Positions 52,616 to 64,000 are shown, counted from the stretch's first letter. The stretch is 64,000 nucleotides of DNA from Bacillota bacterium (GCA_040767525.1 JAXGOJ010000001.1:96852-160851); one strand, 5' to 3'. Numbers and translations are program-made. Notes: generated by a model from the sequence alone, not told the origin.

Positions 52616-53372
52616 AGCAAGCTTCACCACCGGTGGGCACTGCCTTCAGCCAGTAACTTTTGAGGACATTTCGCATCTGGTGTCTCAGGCCTGGAATGCT
52701 ATGGCCTAGTTTTGTAACCAGCACTTTCATTGATTGGCGGCAAGTAGTACCTGTAACGGAACATGCGGCAGGAACAACCGGCAGGCCCAATCTTTTTGAT
52801 GCTTTGGCTATTTTGGCTTCTTCAAGGTACAAAAGAGGCCTTATAACCTCTACCTGGGTCCGTGATAGATACGTCTTGGGCCTGAAACACCCAAACTTGC
52901 CCTGGTAGAACATGTTCAGAAACAGGGTTTCTATAGCATCATCAAGGTGATGAGCCAAGGCAACCTTGGGAATTCCCATATCCGAAGCAGTTTTATATAG
53001 GTACCCTCTGCGAAGGTTGGAGCATAATGAGCATTTGGTTTTCTTCCCTTTGTGCCTGGTAACAATCCTGGCAATGTTTGTGGCTATTACATAATAGGGT
53101 ATATTCATGCCACGAAGAAACTGCCTGATGGAATCCAGGCCTGATTCATCATACTCCCATGGTTCACCTGGATCTATGGTAATGGCCTCAAGGGAGAATT
53201 TTACCGGAGAGCGCCTTTTGATATCCGAAAGGGCCCATGCCATGAGCAAACTGTCCTTGCCTCCCGAAATACCCATGAGTATACGATCATTTGACTTGAT
53301 AAGGCTGTAGTCAGAAATGGCGGTTCCCAGGGGGCTGAATAGATCCCTGCCGAATCCCTTGACCAATGGCAT
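52605..53372 (-). CDS. ttcA: tRNA 2-thiocytidine biosynthesis TtcA family protein
   Basis: PP-loop SGGKDS, CSLCSNLRRG, ALAHHLDD, IRPL. Confidence 0.85.
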   Translation of the reverse strand: MPLVKGFGRDLFSPLGTAISDYSLIKSNDRILMGISGGKDSLLMAWALSDIKRRSPVKFSLEAITIDPGEPWEYDESGLDSIRQFLRGMNIPYYVIATNIARIVTRHKGKKTKCSLCSNLRRGYLYKTASDMGIPKVALAHHLDDAIETLFLNMFYQGKFGCFRPKTYLSRTQVEVIRPLLYLEEAKIAKASKRLGLPVVPAACSVTGTTCRQSMKVLVTKLGHSIPGLRHQMRNVLKSYWLKAVPTGGEACFSE

Positions 53373-53532
53373 GCACTCCAATAAAGAAATCCCTATACTG
53401 TATTTCAATTGTATCTGTAGTTAAGGGCGATGAAAAGCTTCTACCCCGGACGTGCAAATCCGAAACCGTTGCCCGGGGTGAGGACACATGTATCAAAAAG
53501 GATAAAATAAGACAAAGAGCGTATCCCCCTAT

Positions 53533-54738
53533 ATGGAGGTAAAGAAGTTGAACAATGAATTCCAGCAAATCCCCGGATTTGTCTATATGGATAACTCGTC
53601 GACTACCAAGCCCTACCCGGAAGTTGTAAAGGCTATGTCTTTTGTGCTAGAAGAAGGATTCGGCAACCCCTCATCGCTACATAAGATGGGGTCTGAATCG
53701 GAGAAGTTGGTAAGGCGGGCAAGGCGTTCTGTTGCATCCCTCCTGGAAGCCCGTGAAAACGAGATATTCTTCACATCAGGAGGCACAGAAGCAAATAATT
53801 GGGCTATTTTCGGAAGTTTGAGGTCAGCAGGTACCAGGATGAGACACGTGATTACCTCCTCTGTTGAACACCCCTCAATTATGGCTACAGTTGAATACCT
53901 CAAAGAAGCAGGGTATGACATTGATATTGTACCTGTTGATGAAAAAGGAAGAGTCGATCCAGCCCAGGTCATATCCAGGGTTAGGGAAGACACTTGTTTG
54001 GTTTCAATCATGCTGGTTCAAAATGAAGTTGGCACAATACAACCTTGCCGGGACATCGGAGGCCTTCTGTCCCAGATGGGCCCAAAACGGCCACGGTTTC
54101 ACGTTGACGGGGTCCAGGGCTTTGCCAGGCTTAAAATCGACGTGGCGAAGTGGGGAATTGACCTTCTGAGCGTTAGTGCACACAAGATCCACGGCCCCAA
54201 GGGAATTGGCGCCCTTTACGTTAGGAAAGGGGTTCCAATGCATCCTCTGATTTTTGGCGGCGGACAAGAGCAAGGGCTCAGATCAGGAACTGAAAACGTT
54301 CCGGGCATTGTAGGTTTCGGCATAACATGCGACATGTGGCTAAAGGACATGGATGAAGTAAGGGCAAGGCTTTTCAGGTTGAGAGACCGGCTCATTACAG
54401 GAATTACCCGAATTTTTCCCGACGCAGTCCTTCACGGCCCAAACGATGATAATTTTGCACCTCATATTGTCCATTTCTCATTTCCGGGATTCAGAGGGGA
54501 AACCATTCTTCACTTTCTAGAAAAACGTGGGGTATTTGTTTCTACAGGGTCTGCATGTTCTGCACACAAAGCTAAACCAAGCCCCGTGATACTTGCCATG
54601 GGTGGAGATGAGCGCGAAGCCTTGTCTGCTATAAGGTTTTCAATGTCGCGCTTTACCACAGAGGACGAAGTTGAGACTACAATAGCCGCCGTAGAAGATT
54701 CTTTAAAGGAACTTAAGCCCCGGCAGAATACCGGTTAA
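53533..54738 (+). CDS. iscS: Cysteine desulfurase (IscS/NifS group I; NifZ-like position before thiI)
   Basis: YMDNSSTT, GNPSSLH, FTSGGTE, HVDGVQ, SAHKIHGPKGIG, RSGTENV, STGSACS. Confidence 0.93.
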   Translation: MEVKKLNNEFQQIPGFVYMDNSSTTKPYPEVVKAMSFVLEEGFGNPSSLHKMGSESEKLVRRARRSVASLLEARENEIFFTSGGTEANNWAIFGSLRSAGTRMRHVITSSVEHPSIMATVEYLKEAGYDIDIVPVDEKGRVDPAQVISRVREDTCLVSIMLVQNEVGTIQPCRDIGGLLSQMGPKRPRFHVDGVQGFARLKIDVAKWGIDLLSVSAHKIHGPKGIGALYVRKGVPMHPLIFGGGQEQGLRSGTENVPGIVGFGITCDMWLKDMDEVRARLFRLRDRLITGITRIFPDAVLHGPNDDNFAPHIVHFSFPGFRGETILHFLEKRGVFVSTGSACSAHKAKPSPVILAMGGDEREALSAIRFSMSRFTTEDEVETTIAAVEDSLKELKPRQNTG

Positions 54739-54784
54739 TTGTGATAAAGTACTTCAGGCAATACAGTCCGAGGAGTTATTGAAG

Positions 54785-56017
54785 ATGGAAAGGTGTTCTT
54801 GATACGTTACGGTGAAATTGAATAGCCTCAAAGGCCAAAACAGAAAATACTTTGAAGATACTTTGCAAAAAAACATTCAACTTGCAATCTTAGCCATGGA
54901 TGATACCGCCTGCCATTCCCGGAGCATCAAGGTGTCCAAATCCTATGGAAGGTTTTACGTCACAGGAATCGATGCGGAAAAAGAAAAACTCTATCTTGAG
55001 ATTCTCTCGGGAATACCTGGAATTGTAGGTGTTAGCCCATCATTCGTAGTGGAAAACAGTCTGGATGCGATTAAAGCCGCTTCTATACTGTCAATTGAAC
55101 AGGCTACAGGCGAACTTTCTTCCTCTTGGGGGGAGATGGCCACAAGACTTGCTTTTACCTTTAAGATTCAGACAAGGCGCCCAAACAAAAGTTTTCCCAT
55201 AAAGTCACCTGATGTCAACAGGGAAATCGGAGGAGCAATCCTCAAAAACCTTCCAGGGCTTGCAGTAGATGTGCACAATCCAGATATTTTGCTGACTGTT
55301 GAAATTCGGCAGAGGCACACTTACGTTTACTGGGCTGAAAAGCCAGGGCCCGGCGGGCTGCCTGTAGGTGCTTCTGGCAAAGGTACACTGCTAATCTCCG
55401 GTGGAATCGACAGCCCTGTAGCAGGTTATATGGCAATGAAACGGGGCGTTGATATAGACGCCCTCCATTTTTGGAGTTATCCCATAACCGGAGAACGTGC
55501 AAGGGACAAGGTAGTTGATATCTGTAAAGTATTAAGGCGGTTTAGCCCGAAGCTCAGATTGTACGTAGCTCCTTTCACCAAAATCCAGACACAAATCATG
55601 GAAAACTGCCCGGAAAAATATCGTGTCATAATCATGAGGCGTATGATGATGAGGGTGGCGACGAGATTTAGCCGAGACATTGGAAGCAAGGCCATATTTA
55701 CAGGCGAAAATCTAGGACAGGTCGCCAGCCAGACTCTGGAGAGTCTGAATGTAATACAGGATACCGCCGGTTTTCCGGTGTTAAGGCCCCTTATCTGTTT
55801 TGATAAAGTAGAGACTATCAGGCTGGCAGAAAAGATCGGAACCTATGATATTTCCTGCCTGCCATATGAAGACTGCTGTACAGTCTTTGTTCCTAAACAT
55901 CCTGTAATAAAGCCACGTCTGGAATTGGCTATCGAAGCGGAAAAGCACCTTGCCATCGATGAACTGGTAGAAGAATGTGTTTTACACATTGAGGAAATGG
56001 ATATCAGGGCAGACTGA
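54785..56017 (+). CDS. thiI: tRNA 4-thiouridine synthase ThiI (N-terminal indels)
   Basis: LIRYGEI..LKGQNR, THUMP domain, GPGGLPVG, LISGGIDSPVA, GENLGQVASQT, RPL, PYEDCC; no rhodanese domain. Confidence 0.93.
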
Positions 56018-56108
56018 AGCAAAGTTTGTGCCCAGGCAGAAACACTCATATAATGAGAAATAGAACCACCGGCATGTTCACAAGATACATTTACGGGGTG
56101 CATAATCA

Positions 56109-57505
56109 TTGGTTTTGGACAATTCATCTCGTACTTATTTCATTGAAACCTTCGGCTGTCAAATGAACGAGAGAGACTCTCAGACCATTGAGGGACTCCT
56201 GAGAGAAAGAGGGTTTTCTCCCGCGCCAGGCGCCGAGAAGGCTGATGTTGTTGTTGTAAATACCTGTGCGGTTAGGCAGTCAGCCGAAGCAAAAGTATGG
56301 AGCAGGCTCGGGCAAATTGCAGCATCGTGCAAAAACGGAAAACTGCCCGTCATTGTACTGTCCGGATGCATGGCCCAGCTGCCTGAGACCCTGGAAAGAA
56401 TCAAGAAGCGAGTTCCGTACGTCAAAATCGTTACGGGCCCGGGCCATATTGACAGGCTTCCTGAACTCGTGGAGCGCGTGCTCCATGACAGGTCTGAGAA
56501 ACTTGTCACCGCGATTTCTCCTGCAAGATCAGAATCTCGAAGGAGTGATTCTACACAAACCCTGCCTGAAAAGCTGCCCCGGGCCAAAGTCCTGGGCGTC
56601 AGCGCGTATGTGACCATAATGTACGGGTGCGATAACTTTTGTACTTATTGTATTGTCCCTTATGTAAGAGGCCCTCAGGTATCCCGTGATCCACAGTTTA
56701 TCATTGAGGAAGTGGAGGAGCTCGTCTGTCTGGGATATACTGAGGTTACGCTTTTGGGGCAAAACGTTAACGCTTACGGCATGGATTTGAAAACCAACTA
56801 TGGATTCTCTGATCTTTTGCAAGACATAGATCAGATCCCTGGACTCAATAGGATAAGGTACTTTACCTCTCACCCCAGGGACTTCTCGAGAGATATGGTT
56901 AACACCATTAGAAACGCCGGAGCACGTTTGTGAGCATTTTCATCTTCCTGTTCAATCAGAAACGATAGAATGCTCAAACTGATGCACAGGGGGTATACAA
57001 GAGAACAGTATTTGAAACTGGTAGACTATATAAGAACTCAAATACCCGGAGCCTGTATCACAACTGACATAATCGTAGGTTTCCGGGGAAACCGATGAAG
57101 AATTCCAGGAGACTATTGACCTTGTAAAAGCTGTAGGTTTTGACGGCGCCTTTACTTTTATCTATTCACCAAGATCCCGGACAAGCTGCAGCCAGAATGG
57201 ATTGCCAAATCCCCAGAAAGGTTAAGTCCCAGAGACTGCAGCAACTTGTTAAAGTTCAAAACGAAATAACAACGACAATTAACCTGTCTCTTATAGGAAG
57301 TATCCAGGAAATTCTGGTAGAAGCGGCCCCTTGATCCCAAAATCCTGCGCATGCCAGAGGACGTACACGAACCAACAAACTTGTAGTATGTACGTCTCAG
57401 AACTCTGGAAACCGGTGATAAGGCTGAGGTTAGGATTGAAGAGGCAGGTACCTGGTACTCAAAGGCCCTTTGAATGAACATCACAATCCTGGTGAGAGGC
57501 ATTAA
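56109..57505 (+). CDS. miaB: tRNA-2-methylthio-N6-isopentenyladenosine synthase MiaB (several indels after 56910)
   Basis: [34 protein letters not shown] radical SAM motif, [16 protein letters not shown]; [14 protein letters not shown] and GRTRTNKLV in shifted frames. Confidence 0.93.
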
Positions 57506-57549
57506 ACATCATAATATGCTGAATAATAAAATTACCGGAGGGTAGAAAC

Positions 57550-60256
57550 TTGCCGAAGAATACAACCTCTATGATCTACTAATACAAGTCCCTCAAGGCG
57601 CAGTATAAAGATGCCTTACTCTTTTTCAGGCTCGGTGACTTTTACGAGATGTTTTTTGAAGATGCCGAAATTGGGTCCAAGGAACTTCGGTATCGCCCTT
57701 ACCGGCAGAGATGCCGGAAAGGGAAAAAGGGCTCCCATGGTGTGTGGCGTACCTTACCATTCGGTCGATGACTACATAAAAATCCCTGTCACAAAAGGTT
57801 ATAAAGTTGCCATATGAGCAGGTAGAGAGTTCTGCATCAGCAAAAGGCCTTGTTAGGCGGGATGTTGTACGAGTTATTACTCCCGGTACATATTGGGAAG
57901 GGGCAGAGAACACCTCTTCCAGAGCTATGTCACTCGTAATCTATCCCCAACATGGGTCCAGTGTACCAGATTGACTCAGTGGGATTGTGTTCATGCGATC
58001 TTTCCACAGGAGAGATCTTGCTGTGTTCGTTTGATGAAGACCCTGATGACAAAAACGGGAACCTGATTCAAAGCAGACTCATAGACGAACTATCCCGTCT
58101 CTTGCCAAAAGAATGTGTGTTTCCTGTAGGCTTTAAAGGGACAAGCCTCTTTCAAGCAATATTGAAAAACCTGCCTGGAGTGTTTACGAGTTTCCTGGAG
58201 GACGAGACGTTCCAGAAAGACAATTACAGCACAGTTTTGTCCCGCTGGAAACTAGGGGAAATATCACGCGCTGCTCACAAAGCAATCTCAGGCCTTTTAG
58301 TATACATAGAATCCACTCAAATGGTTGAACTGAGCCACCTGAAAAAGCCCAACCTCTACCTCAAAGACACCTTTCTGGAATTGGACCACTCAACCAGACG
58401 AAACCTTGAACTGACTGAAAGGCTTCATGGGGGAGTCTACGGATCCCTTACCTGGGTATTGGATCAATGCTGCACCTCTATGGGCTCCAGGTTATTGAAC
58501 CAATGGATAGAACGCCCGCTGAGAGAACCTCAGATGATTCAGGAAAGGCTCTCAGCAGTAGACGAGATTTACAGCAGCTCTTTGCTAAGAAGCAATTTGC
58601 GCAATTCACTTTCCGGTATCAGAGATTTGGAAAGACTGGTCACCAAGATCGCCTATAAAACATGTAATGCCAGGGACTTAACAGCAATTGCATCTTCTTT
58701 GGAGAAAGTACCTTCTTTGAAAAAGGAAATGAGCGGCGTATCATCCCAGCTGCTCAGAAAAATACTTGGAAATCTAGACGAAGTCCCCGAGGCAACCAAT
58801 GCAATCAGGCAAAGGATAGTCGATGATCCACCTGTGTCCGTAATGGAAGGCGGACTAATCCGGCCTGGATACAGTCAGGAAGTCGATGACCTGAGAGACC
58901 TGTCCACAGGTGGCAAGAAATGGCTCATGGAGCTCGAGGCCAGAGAAAGGGAGAGGACGGGAATTAGATCCCTCAGAGTAGGTTATAACAGGGTATTTGG
59001 TTATTACCTGGAAGTAACCAGAGCAAACCTGAGCCTGGTACCAGACAATTACATAAGAAAACAAACCCTTGTCTCTGCTGAGAGGTTCATTACACCTGAA
59101 CTCAAGGAAAAGGAAACATCAATTCTAGGGGCTGAAGAAAGGCTTTTCAAAGAAGAATACAGGCTTTTTAGTGAATTACGTGATCTAGTGGAATCTCATA
59201 TAAGGAAGATTCAGCAAACCGCTGTGGCCGTCGCCCAGATAGATGTGCTTTGCAGTCTTTCTGAAGTAGCCAGCCTTTATGGATACGTCAAACCCGAAAT
59301 TTCTGAAAACGGCCCCATAATTATTAAAAAAGGCAGGCACCCTGTTCTTGAAAGGGTGCTTCCTCCAGGAAACTTTGTCCCAAATGACCTTGTGTTGGAT
59401 GATAAAGAAAGCTTATTGATAATAACCGGCCCGAACATGGGAGGCAAATCTACATATTGCAGACAAGCTGCCCTTATAGTGCTTATACTAAATGGGTTCT
59501 TTTGTGCCGTGCAAGTCTTGCTCAGTATCATGCGTAGACAAGATCTTTGCCCGGGTAGGCGCATATGATGATCTGGTGCTCGGCCAGTCCACTTTCATGG
59601 TGGAAATGAACGAAGTGTCCAGAATCCTGAGAAACGCCACACCCAAAAGCCTGGTAATACTTGATGAGATAGGGAGGGGTACAAGTACTTTCGATGGCCT
59701 ATCTGTAGCATGGGCAGTCGTAGAGTACCTGGCAAATGAGAACGCTGTAGGCGCCAAAGGACTCGTGGCTACCCATTATCGTGAGCTGACTTTGCTTTCT
59801 GACTTGAAACCGGGAATCGCTAACTATCATGTAACAGTTAAAAAATCAGGCGACGACATTGTTTTTCTTAGAAAAGTCACCAAAGGAGTGGCTGAAGGAA
59901 GTTTTGGAATTGACGTAGCTTATATGGCAGGATTACCTTTTGAAGTTGTCAGCAGGGCAAGGGAAATTCTCCACGGACTTGAAACAGAAACCCGGAAAGG
60001 CTCCGGTTCCAGGAAAGGGATACTGGGAAGTGTGGCTTCCAGAAGTACAGGCTCATTGGCCGTGTCCGGGATCTCAGGACAGCCCCTCTTGTTTGGATTT
60101 TCAAGCCCCGAACAACAAGAATCCTTTCCGGAAGAGTACAAAGAAGTAATATCCGAAGTCCAAGCACTGGACATAAATCATACAACGCCTCTTCAAGCAT
60201 TAGAGATCTTGTATTCCTTTAAGCAAAAGTTAAATGAGAAGGAGCATGGTAAATAA
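57550..60256 (+). CDS. mutS: DNA mismatch repair protein MutS (in-frame TAA at 57580, several indels to 57950, and one near 59490)
   Basis: [76 protein letters not shown]. Confidence 0.95.
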
Positions 60257-62083
60257 ATGTCCCCTTTAATCATAAAACTCGATCCTCTGGTCTCCAGTCA
60301 AATTGCAGCAGGTGAAGTGGTGGAGCGCCCTGCATCAGTTGTAAAGGAACTCATAGAGAATTCTATAGATGCAAAAGCCAAAAGAATATCTATTGAGATA
60401 CTCACAGGAGGCCTTGAGCTTATAAGAGTTTCTGATGATGGCATAGGTATGGCCCGGGAAGATGCCCTGTCTGCCATTGAGAGATTTGCCACGTCCAAGA
60501 TTTCCTCTGTGAATGACCTGGAGAATCTTCAAACCCTCGGGTTCAGGGGCGAGGCCTTGCCCTCGATTGCGTCATGCTCTAAGTTCACCATGGAAACCAG
60601 AGCCCAGGAGGCTGAGTCAGGGGTTTCCCTGTACGTCGAAGGGAGAAACGTCGTAAGAGTGACAGACAAGGGGCTTCCTGCCGGGACAACCATTACGGTA
60701 AGGGATCTGTTTTTCAATACCCCGGCCCGCCTCAAATTCATGAAATCCAAAAGCCGGGAAAGGGATGCTGTCATTGAAACAGTGGAGAGGCTAGCCCTTG
60801 CATGGCCCTCAATTGGCTTTACCCTGAGATCCCATGGAAAAGTGGTATTTCACACCCCGGGAAACGGGCTGGAAAATGCCCTTACAAACATCTTCGGCCC
60901 CGAGACTGCTCAATCATTGCTGGAAGTCTCTTGTGAATATGAGCAGGGAGTGAGAATCCAGGGCTACATAGGCATGCCCAGAATCTACAGAAGGACAAGA
61001 GATCGGCAGATCTTCTCGGTAAATCGTCGCCCTGTAAGAAACTCTCTACTGGGATGGGCCATTGATTCTGCCTATTCAGGGTTATTACCTCCAAGGACCT
61101 ACCCGGTCGTAATTCTTGAGATCACAATCGCCCCGGAGCAGATTGATGTAAATGTGCATCCTGCAAAAACTGAAATAAAGTTCAGAAATGAAAGGCAACT
61201 CCGTCAAGTTGTCGCTGACAGTGCAAGACAAGCCCTCCTGGGAGCAGGTTACCTAAGCGGCCCTCATTTAAAGGAATCCCGGGCACCGGGGCCCGTGTCC
61301 GCGCCCTGGTACCCTTGGAGTTCAGAAAAGGAATCCTGTGAACAGGTTGTTTTCCCGTATCCTGCCCAACCTGGTACACGTGGTACAGCAAAGATTCCCA
61401 GGTGGCAGAAAAATGGGACTAATTCTTCAAGAGTCTTCAGAGAGCCCTTTGGGGTACACCCTGATTCAAGTGGCCAATCAGGTGCAAATCCCCAGGACAG
61501 CAGCAATGAACTTCCACAAGGATGGGAGTATTTGGGCACCCTTGAAAATACATATGTTCTGGCCAAGACCGAAGACTCACTGCTTATCATAGATCAGCAT
61601 GCCCTTGCTGAAAGCCTTGCCTATCTATCGCTCTTAAATGGGGAAAGCGGCAGACAGGAACTTTTGATCCCTGAGATCATGAGCCTTGAGCCCAAAGAGG
61701 CCGCTCTTTACGAAGAATACGCCGGCGCCCTGGAGAAGGTTGGCTTTTCAACAAGGGCAATCGGCACAAGAACTGTGTCAGTAACCCAGGTTCCACTTAT
61801 TTTAGGAAAATCACTTCCTCCAGATTCCCTAAGGGAGATTCTGCTGTCATTTTCCGGTGAAACAGAAAAAGACGTCTCGCCTGAAAGGCTTCTTGCAAGA
61901 GTTCATTTGGCCACTGCAGCGTGCCATGGATCTGTCAGAGGAAATGAGGCTCTCGCCAGAGAAGAAGCAGTGGCCCTTATAAACGATCTTTATCTTAATC
62001 CCTCAGCCAGGATTTGCCCTCACGGCAGGCCCACTGTATACCAAATGCTTTACAGCGAGATTCAAATATTTTTCGGACGTTAG
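60257..62083 (+). CDS. mutL: DNA mismatch repair endonuclease MutL
   Basis: IAAGEVVERPASVVKELIENSIDA, DDGIGM, TLGFRGEAL, IDVNVHPAKTE, DQHALAE, ACH, CPHGRP. Confidence 0.97.
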   Translation: MSPLIIKLDPLVSSQIAAGEVVERPASVVKELIENSIDAKAKRISIEILTGGLELIRVSDDGIGMAREDALSAIERFATSKISSVNDLENLQTLGFRGEALPSIASCSKFTMETRAQEAESGVSLYVEGRNVVRVTDKGLPAGTTITVRDLFFNTPARLKFMKSKSRERDAVIETVERLALAWPSIGFTLRSHGKVVFHTPGNGLENALTNIFGPETAQSLLEVSCEYEQGVRIQGYIGMPRIYRRTRDRQIFSVNRRPVRNSLLGWAIDSAYSGLLPPRTYPVVILEITIAPEQIDVNVHPAKTEIKFRNERQLRQVVADSARQALLGAGYLSGPHLKESRAPGPVSAPWYPWSSEKESCEQVVFPYPAQPGTRGTAKIPRWQKNGTNSSRVFREPFGVHPDSSGQSGANPQDSSNELPQGWEYLGTLENTYVLAKTEDSLLIIDQHALAESLAYLSLLNGESGRQELLIPEIMSLEPKEAALYEEYAGALEKVGFSTRAIGTRTVSVTQVPLILGKSLPPDSLREILLSFSGETEKDVSPERLLARVHLATAACHGSVRGNEALAREEAVALINDLYLNPSARICPHGRPTVYQMLYSEIQIFFGR

Positions 62084-62168
62084 CCCCTATGCAACATCTT
62101 GGGCTTTAACGTACGGTATAATAGAGCTTGAATCCATCTGCAATCTTGGTGAAAGAAGGATATCCATT

Positions 62169-63101
62169 TTGACGAAAGTTCTCATTGTCACCGGGCCTAC
62201 AGCCTCGGGAAAATCCAGATTAGCCCTGGATCTTGCAAGGATATACCCAATAGAGGTGATATCTGCAGACTCAATGCAGGTTTATCGATATATGGACATC
62301 GGCACCGATAAAGCTACACTGGAAGAAAGAAAGACAGTACCTCATCATCTGATAGACATAAAGGATCCTGACGAAGCCTGGAGTGTAGAAGAATTTCAAC
62401 AACGTGCCCGGGTAGCAATTAATGATATCTCAAGCAGAAACCGCCTTCCTTGCATAGTTGGAGGTACCGGCTTTTACATACGGGCCTTGCTGTATGATTT
62501 TCCTCTGGAGGACGCCCCCCCTAACCCGGAATTTCGACACCGGATGAAGGCACTGGCAAAACTGAAAGGTAGAATTACTGTTCATGAAATGCTTAGAAAT
62601 ATCGATCCAGAATCATACCAAGGCCTCCATCCCAACGATCTTAAGCGGGTGATACGTGCAATTGAGTATTATCAGGCAACAAATAGGCCGATTTCTGCAA
62701 GGAAACATCAGGCCCGGTGTAGTATATATGATGCTATGATGATAGGCCTTGAGTGGAAACGTCAAGAACTTTACGAAAAGATCGAGAACAGAGTTGAAGA
62801 GCAATTTCAACGTGGGTTGATAAATGAGGTCAAAAACCTCATGAAAATGGGATATACCAGGGATCTTCCCAGTATGCAAGGGATTGGCTATAAAGAGGTG
62901 TGCTGGATGCTTGAAGGCCTTATCACCGAACCGGAAACCAAAGAAATTCTGAAGCGTAACACCAGACGATTTGCGAAAAGACAGTTTACATGGTTTGCCA
63001 GAGAAGAAGGAATAATATGGTTGCCATTTGGCAAGCATACATCTCAGAGCAAACTGTTGAATCAAGTCCAAATTCTAATCGATGACTGGCTTCTGGCATA
63101 A
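62169..63101 (+). CDS. miaA: tRNA dimethylallyltransferase
   Basis: GPTASGKS, SADSMQVYRYMDIGTDK, VGGTGFY, RVIRAIE, TRRFAKRQFTWF. Confidence 0.97.
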   Translation: MTKVLIVTGPTASGKSRLALDLARIYPIEVISADSMQVYRYMDIGTDKATLEERKTVPHHLIDIKDPDEAWSVEEFQQRARVAINDISSRNRLPCIVGGTGFYIRALLYDFPLEDAPPNPEFRHRMKALAKLKGRITVHEMLRNIDPESYQGLHPNDLKRVIRAIEYYQATNRPISARKHQARCSIYDAMMIGLEWKRQELYEKIENRVEEQFQRGLINEVKNLMKMGYTRDLPSMQGIGYKEVCWMLEGLITEPETKEILKRNTRRFAKRQFTWFAREEGIIWLPFGKHTSQSKLLNQVQILIDDWLLA

Positions 63102-63157
63102 GCATGTAGAACCCGAAAATACATGTGACTATCGGAGGACAACTGGAGGGAACTAAC

Positions 63158-63439
63158 GTGAGTGCGAAAAATGTGATAAACCTTCAAGATGGTTTCTTAA
63201 ACCAGATCAGAAAAGAAGGCATCCTCACTACGGTATACTTGGTTAATGGGTTCCAGTTAAAAGGCCTCATCAGAGGTTTTGACAATTTCACAGTGCTCCT
63301 TGATGTAGACGGAAAGCAAATGCTTATCTATAAGCATGCGATTTCAACAATCAATCCTATTAAGCCGGTAAATCTTTCAGATCAAAGGGACAAAGAAGCT
63401 GATACCGGAACGCCCCAGGAAGATACGTCCGAAAAGTAG
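63158..63439 (+). CDS. hfq: RNA chaperone Hfq
   Basis: [39 protein letters not shown]; miaA-hfq synteny. Confidence 0.97.
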   Translation: MSAKNVINLQDGFLNQIRKEGILTTVYLVNGFQLKGLIRGFDNFTVLLDVDGKQMLIYKHAISTINPIKPVNLSDQRDKEADTGTPQEDTSEK

Positions 63440-63612
63440 TGCCTTTATAGCAGGCAGAATTCTTGCGGCCGCACGACACGGCCTTTTTGTGACTGCCCTG
63501 ACCGGACTGAAGTATTCGGATCTGTCAGGAGACTTCTGCCTCGCGAGCATGAAAGCTGCATAGTTGGGTACACTCCTCCATGTAGGCGGTCGTAATAGGG
63601 AGGTGAAGGCAC

Positions 63613-63828
63613 ATGCCCAAAGATCCGGTATGCGGTATGGATGTTAGGGACGATAAGACGGGAATCAGATCTGATTTCAGGGGACAAACCTATCATTTCT
63701 GCTCAGACAGGTGCAAAAGCACTTTCGACCAGGATCCGCAGCATTACGCAAACCTCAGATATGACAACAGAACTGATAGGCAAAGCAGAAACAGAAACAA
63801 GGGCCAGGACGACAGGCCGCTCCGGTAG
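63613..63828 (+). CDS. Small YHS-domain protein
   Basis: KDPVCGM, GQTYHFCS..C...F..DP..Y; GGAGG RBS. The true end could be 63931 if there is an indel. Confidence 0.85.
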   Translation: MPKDPVCGMDVRDDKTGIRSDFRGQTYHFCSDRCKSTFDQDPQHYANLRYDNRTDRQSRNRNKGQDDRPLR

Positions 63829-63947
63829 AGTCGCAAGAGTACCGGTGGCGGCGAAAAAGTCCCGGACAGGGGGGCACCCCGCAATACATGCATTACAGGT
63901 GCCGAAAAAGAGGCATCCGGCGTTCGTTTAAGTAAGTCAAATTTGAG

Positions 63948-63987
63948 CAGCCGTGGTTCCGCCGAAGTCAGGGGCCACGGTTGTTTT
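63948..63987 (+). terminator. Intrinsic terminator
   Basis: cagccgtggttcc / ggggccacggttg 13-bp stem followed by TTTT. Confidence 0.7.
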
Positions 63988-64000
63988 ACTTCCGGCACTA

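Noticed and set aside
53421-53530. Degenerate Cys T-box before iscS (GGCGATGAAAAG start)
   Set aside because: There is no AGTA box, specifier loop, T-box consensus or terminator.
57550-57950. mutS as a true pseudogene driving a mutator phenotype
   Set aside because: Essential genes and a tRNA carry the same kind of lesion, mutL is intact, and adjacent miaB is equally garbled, which points to a local low-quality consensus.
63547-63585. SigmaF/sigmaG promoter for the YHS gene
   Set aside because: GCATG-N14-GGGTACACT and GCATA-N16-CATGTAG both have off-consensus spacing.

Overview
A 64-kb core-chromosome segment of a spore-forming anaerobic Bacillota (Firmicutes) bacterium, with most genes on the + strand. 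I found no prophage, IS element, CRISPR array or defence island. Gene content: rseP-ispG-polC; folT; 6S RNA; two tRNA-Leu; DUF523; dacA-type carboxypeptidase and an orphan carbamate kinase; meso-DAP dehydrogenase; T-box-controlled type-2 ileS; a PyrR-attenuated pyrR-B-C-K-D operon with no carAB or pyrFE; rqcH; hutU plus an M20 amidohydrolase; UPF0182; asnS; rodZ; sigmaE-type sporulation genes; mrfAB; an FtsH paralogue; cinA-thpR-recA-recX-rny-(hypothetical)-ymdB-spoVS; an ADP-forming acyl-CoA synthetase; ttcA and iscS-thiI-miaB-mutS-mutL-miaA-hfq. About 15 genes carry small indels or stops in patches, including essential ones (polC, ileS) and a tRNA anticodon loop. These are best read as consensus (long-read type) errors, not pseudogenes. 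Best leads: (1) a PolC that cleanly lacks its 3'-5' exonuclease insertion; (2) a terminator/antiterminator-like structured RNA in front of rny; (3) a type-B DAP dehydrogenase with a natural NAD-type fingerprint; (4) a structured folT leader that does not look like a THF riboswitch; (5) a GIHH-motif IleRS2; (6) a carbamate kinase that may replace carAB. All calls were made by eye from motifs; no database search or folding program was run.
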